From: an uncultured Candidatus Entotheonella sp.
Lineage (GTDB): Bacteria > Tectomicrobia > Entotheonellia > Entotheonellales > Entotheonellaceae
DNA length: 64,000 nt
NCBI GenBank assembly: GCA_965217185.1
Contig: OZ244252.1
Span: 2,432,001-2,496,000 of the forward strand
Direction: 5' to 3'
A model generated the notes under the pieces. The model made no database searches. It was not told the DNA's origin and saw nothing but the letters and a program-made list of their open reading frames with translations. The position numbers and the translations under genes were made by a program. Shown piece by piece: positions 59,963 to 64,000 of this stretch; position 1 is the stretch's first letter, and each line of letters starts with the position of its first letter.

Positions 59963-61606
59963 CTACCGCCAATAGCTGCAAATGTCTTCCTCCTCCTTGG
60001 TCATCACCTCCAGCAACGCCGGCTGCCCCTCCCGGTTAGCCGCCAGGCCCCGCTGGATGGCGCCGCCGATGGCGTCCGGCGTCGCCACCTTCTCCGCGTA
60101 AGCCCCAAGCGCCTCCGCCACCTTCGCGTATTCACCACCGAGCTTGTTGCTGCCCCAGTGCTTGGCGGCGTGCGGGAAGTGGTCGGCGTAGTGCGTCATG
60201 ACGCCGTTGTTGAGGACGATGGTGAGGATGCCGATGCGCGACCGGGCGGCGGTTTCCACGTCCATGCCGGCCATGCCGAAGGCCGCGTCGCCCATGATGT
60301 TGATGACCGTCTTGTCGGGTGCGGCGAGCTTGGCGCCCATCGCCAGGCCGAGGCCATAGCCGAGCTGCGTCGACTTGCCCCAGCCGATGTAGCCGCGCGG
60401 CGTCACCGGCCTCCAGAAAGGCACGAGCTGCTCGCGGGGATAGCCCGAATCGTGGGTGATGATGGTGTTGGCCACGTCCACGTTGTGGGCGATCTCGCTG
60501 ATCACCCGGTACGGGCTCATCGGCACCTCGTCCGACGCCAGCCGCGGACCCCATTCCGCCATGAAGGCATCCCGCGAGCGGTTGATGGCGTCCACCACGC
60601 CGTTCACGTCGCCCCGGCCCTGCGCGCCGAGTTGCCGCTTGGCCTCCTCGATCATCTGCTGCAGCACGATCTTCGCATCGCCCACGGCGCCGTAATCGAC
60701 CCGGTAATCCTTGTTGAGGTCCTCGGCGTAATTGGTGCACTGGGCCAGGGGGACGCCGCTGGGCAGTGGCACGTTGAAGTGTGAAATGGCGAAGCTGGTA
60801 CCGATGCCCAGGATGAAGTCGGTGTTGCGCAGGAAGTCGCGCGCCATCATCGTGCCGGAAGATGCGGCGGTGCCCAGGGCCAAGGGGTGGGTTTCGGGAA
60901 AGGCGCTCTTGCCGGCCAGGGTGGTAAACACCGGGACCTGGGTCAACTCGGCGAAGGCGACGAGCTCCGGCGTGGCCTCGGCGTACAGGACGCCCTGGCC
61001 GGCGTTGATGACCGGGTTCGACGCCTTGAGCAACGCCGTCACCACGTCGCGCACGTCCTCGGCACTGGCGCCGGACTTGTGCACCTTGGGCGGTGTGTAG
61101 GTGAAGGAATCCTGGGGAATCTCGGTGGCGGCGACGTCGCCGGGGATTTCCAGCAGCACCGGCCCCGGGCGCCCGTGCCGCAGCTGGGTGAAGGCGCGCG
61201 ACATCATCTCGGGGATGCGCTCGACCTGATTGAACAGCCCGGCCCACTTGGTGATGCCCTGATAGTTGGGCACCGCCTCGAAATTCGGATGCACGCCCAT
61301 GCGTGACGCCGGCTGGCCGCCGGGCAGCAGCAGGATGGGAACCGAATCGGCAAACGCCTGCGCGACGCCGCTGAAGGCGTTCTCGGCGCCCGGTCCGGTC
61401 TGCATGGTGAAGACGCCGATCTTTTTGCCGTTGGTGGTCCGGCTGTAGCCGTCCGCCATGTTCACGCCGGCCCGCTCCTGGCGGCACATGATAGGCCGAA
61501 TGCCTTCTATGGACGCCACGTCGATCAAGCCCTGCGCCGGGAAGCAGGACAACCAGTCAACCCCTTCGGCTTTGAGTATCTGCGCAATAACCTGGTTCCC
61601 TTGCAT
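59963..61606 (-). CDS. thiamine-pyrophosphate-dependent enzyme (acetolactate synthase large-subunit-like)
   Basis: RQE, MADGY, GPG, PGPVLLE.P, GDAAF...LNN TPP motif. Confidence 0.88.
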   Translation of the reverse strand: MQGNQVIAQILKAEGVDWLSCFPAQGLIDVASIEGIRPIMCRQERAGVNMADGYSRTTNGKKIGVFTMQTGPGAENAFSGVAQAFADSVPILLLPGGQPASRMGVHPNFEAVPNYQGITKWAGLFNQVERIPEMMSRAFTQLRHGRPGPVLLEIPGDVAATEIPQDSFTYTPPKVHKSGASAEDVRDVVTALLKASNPVINAGQGVLYAEATPELVAFAELTQVPVFTTLAGKSAFPETHPLALGTAASSGTMMARDFLRNTDFILGIGTSFAISHFNVPLPSGVPLAQCTNYAEDLNKDYRVDYGAVGDAKIVLQQMIEEAKRQLGAQGRGDVNGVVDAINRSRDAFMAEWGPRLASDEVPMSPYRVISEIAHNVDVANTIITHDSGYPREQLVPFWRPVTPRGYIGWGKSTQLGYGLGLAMGAKLAAPDKTVINIMGDAAFGMAGMDVETAARSRIGILTIVLNNGVMTHYADHFPHAAKHWGSNKLGGEYAKVAEALGAYAEKVATPDAIGGAIQRGLAANREGQPALLEVMTKEEEDICSYWR

Positions 61607-61654
61607 GCGTGCTCCTTCAGTGGGAAATAACGGAGGTCATAACTCTCTATAAAA

Positions 61655-62491
61655 TCAATCTCTTAGAGACGCCTTCCCTGAAAGTGTCCGGACGCGATGT
61701 ATGTAGGCAAGTTGGAGCCCATCGCGATGAAAGACATACGCCGACAGGCGGTCTCCAGTCTTGCGGGCCTGTCAGCGACGCTCGATCAGCGCGGCGAGTT
61801 CTCCATGGAGCGCCAGCACCCTGACATCACGGCTTTTGTTCTGCTCAGGCTCCAGCCGGATGACGGCCTCAGACCAGTTGACGTTGGCCCACAGGAGCCC
61901 GATGACTTCACCCTGCCGCCACCCTGCGAGGTACGCAAAGCGCACCACATCGACGAGATACTCGGGCAGGTGCTTCAGGAGCGCATCCACTTCGTTCCGG
62001 GTGAAAAATTCGTTTCGCACCTTGAGTTCTGGCAGTCGGCTGACCACCGGCATGCGCGGTACCAGATCGTGCAGGTAACCCAATTTGAACGCACGCCGCA
62101 GCACCGAAAATTCACGGTTGATTGATTCTGCTGATCGCCCAGAACGTTGCATCCCGGCTTGGTAATGACTGATCATCAGGCTGGTGCACTCCCGTACCGT
62201 GCGGTTGGCAAAATTCCGGCGCAGCCTGTTCAGGTACGTCCAGTTGGACCGGGCCGTCCGTCTGTTTCCCTGATGATCGCGTTCCACCAAGTCAAACAGT
62301 TGGCTCATCATGACAACGGCCCGTTGGGGGTAAACATCATGGTTCGCCAGTTCGACAAGGCGCTGCCTCAGGAGCTTGACGGCTATCCTGCGGTCACGTG
62401 ACTCGGAAGACTCGCGATATTCCCGACCGTCGTGGCTGTAGGCGATCCACCAGATACGGCCACGCCTGAAAACGCGTCCATCCCCTCGCAT
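61655..62491 (-). pseudogene. phage-type tyrosine integrase remnant
   Basis: WWIAY..G...RES, GWRQGEV..L.W; in-frame TGA at 61772-61774 then QARK..YVFHRDG; HxxR and catalytic Tyr absent. Confidence 0.85.
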
Positions 62492-62615
62492 ACTGCCTCC
62501 TATGCGGGGTCAGTGCCGAAATCACCTTAGCACGCCGCTGCTCGGCAATCCATTCCTCCAGGCCGCGCACGGAAAAGCGGTGCTCCTTGCCGACCTGAAA
62601 GGCGAACGGCAGCGC
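62492..62615 (-). pseudogene. excisionase-like HTH C-terminal fragment
   Basis: LPFAFQVGKEHRFS..LEEWI directly upstream of the integrase; N-terminus missing. Confidence 0.5.
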
Positions 62616-62619
62616 CTCG

Positions 62620-62823
62620 ATGTTGGTGCAGCAACTGTGGCAGTTCATCAGGGATCCGGAGGTCGCCTGGAGCCGGAAGGCAATGGCCGCAGGTTCTCTG
62701 CTCTACCTGGTTTCACCCCTGGATGCGGTGCCGGATGTCATACCGGCAGGCGGCCTGCTCGATGACGTGGCGGTTATTCTCTTTGTCGCCCGCGTGCTGG
62801 CCGGCCCGCTGAAGAACACCTAA
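62620..62823 (+). CDS. DUF1232/YkvA-family membrane protein, probably truncated
   Basis: LLYLVSPLDAVPDVIP..GLLDD; stop TAA is part of a REP fragment TAATCCGACCTAC. Confidence 0.7.
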   Translation: MLVQQLWQFIRDPEVAWSRKAMAAGSLLYLVSPLDAVPDVIPAGGLLDDVAVILFVARVLAGPLKNT

Positions 62824-62954
62824 TCCGACCTACATGAATAGGCGCTTATCCCGGCTTCCCGATTTATCTTGACTTGTCATCTGGAATCGTTTACGGACGA
62901 AATTTATGAGTTGGTGTTTTGACAAATATGGAGAGCGGAGAAAGGAGGTTCGAG

Positions 62955-63776
62955 ATGATGGATCGTCGCAGATTCCTGACCATTCTGAGTAGCACTGTGG
63001 CTGCTTTAGGCAGTGTGAACGTCCTTGCCGTCCACAAAGTCGCTGCCCTTGGCACGATGAAAAAGGCCTACACGTTTTTCACGCGTGCCGAAAGCGCCTT
63101 TATCGAGGCAGCGGTGGCCCGCATTATCCCGGCTGATGACCTTGGGCCGGGGGCTCTTGAGGCCGAGGCGTCGTACTTCATCGACCAGCAACTCACAGGT
63201 GATTATGGGGCCGGAGCCCGGTTTTACAACCAGGGACCCTTTGGCGCCACAACGCCGTATCAAGGGTATCAATTACCCCTGTCGCCCCGCGATCTGTATC
63301 GAGCCGGCATTGCCGCGACCGATCGCTATTGCCGCGAAACCTATGGCAAAGACTTCGCCCAACTGGAGCCGGCGCAGCAGGATGAGGTGCTGCAGGGGCT
63401 TCAGGGTGTGGCTGGCGATGTCGCCCTTGAGGACGTGCCTGGAGCGACCTTCTTCAGCCACCTTCTCACGGATGCCAAGGACGGGTTTTTCGCCGACCCG
63501 GCCTATGGCGGCAACAAGGACATGGCGGGCTGGAAGCTTGTCGGCTTTCCGGGTGTGCCGGCGCAATACACCGAACTCATCGAACGCCATAACGAGGCGT
63601 ACGATGTCGAGCCCGTTGACCTGGGCAGCATGCAGCATGCCGGCATGCTGCATGATCACTTGCACGCTGTCCATCGTCGCGCCGCTGTTCCGAGGCGCAC
63701 GACGGCGCCTGAACCGCGCCCGGTGGACCCCGACGAACCCTACGACTGGAAGTCAGGACCGAGGTTTTCCGTGTAA
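62955..63776 (+). CDS. gluconate 2-dehydrogenase subunit 3-like protein (Tat substrate)
   Basis: MDRRRFL, RIIPAD..GPGA, FFADPAYGGN, WKLVGFPG; AGGAGG RBS. Confidence 0.88.
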   Translation: MMDRRRFLTILSSTVAALGSVNVLAVHKVAALGTMKKAYTFFTRAESAFIEAAVARIIPADDLGPGALEAEASYFIDQQLTGDYGAGARFYNQGPFGATTPYQGYQLPLSPRDLYRAGIAATDRYCRETYGKDFAQLEPAQQDEVLQGLQGVAGDVALEDVPGATFFSHLLTDAKDGFFADPAYGGNKDMAGWKLVGFPGVPAQYTELIERHNEAYDVEPVDLGSMQHAGMLHDHLHAVHRRAAVPRRTTAPEPRPVDPDEPYDWKSGPRFSV

Positions 63777-63805
63777 GTCCCGCCTATCAAGGAGAGGAGG
63801 ACATC

Positions 63806-64000
63806 ATGGCTACCAGACTCAAACCAGTAGATGCAGTGATTATAGGCGTGGGTTGGGCCGGCAGTATCATGGCCAACGAGTTGGCCAAGGCCGGCCTCAA
63901 AGTCGTCGGGCTGGAGCGCGGTCGCTACCGCGGGCAGGAGGAATTCGCTCTGCCTGGCATCCATGACGAGCTCAAGTACAATCGCCGTTTGGAGTTATTC
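63806..64000 (+). CDS. GMC oxidoreductase flavoprotein (gluconate 2-dehydrogenase alpha-like), 3'-truncated by window edge
   Basis: VDAVIIGVGWAG..LERG..HDEL.Y; GGAGG RBS. Confidence 0.85.
   Translation, partial: MATRLKPVDAVIIGVGWAGSIMANELAKAGLKVVGLERGRYRGQEEFALPGIHDELKYNRRLELF

Overview
High-GC bacterial chromosomal segment from a diderm (it encodes a beta-barrel porin, PilC/PilF-like proteins and an HlyD adaptor). The gene order and the repeat-rich secreted protein resemble Deltaproteobacteria-like or Tectomicrobia sponge symbionts; this is an inference only. The backbone is housekeeping: aguB-aguA, yyaL, mfd-pilC-aroE-TPR, ppiD, dprA-topA-trmFO-xerC-hslVU-argB-argF-argG, ald, yajC-secDF, a PAS kinase with two receivers, a peptide ABC transporter, csaA, a DUF1998 helicase-exonuclease fusion, a Co-type nitrile hydratase operon, a TPP enzyme and gluconate-2-dehydrogenase-like genes. 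Four AT-richer accessory inserts interrupt it. (i) 11.8-15.2 kb: a restriction-modification pair, each gene with a 1-nt frameshift. (ii) 45.4-47.8 kb: XerCD dif-like 11-6-11 sites bracket a RelE/HigA toxin-antitoxin module and precede a truncated HNH gene. An ORF-less group II intron follows, whose EBS1 pairs with TTATCGG, the sequence forming the XerC-like arm of two of those sites. (iii) 58.2-59.1 kb: a TIR plus small membrane protein cassette sits inside the nitrile hydratase operon. (iv) 61.6-62.8 kb: a decayed integrase. Several REP/MITE-like palindromic repeat families are present, one apparently inserted in frame in mfd. No rRNA, tRNA or CRISPR array was seen. All family calls come from motif recognition by eye, not database searches.
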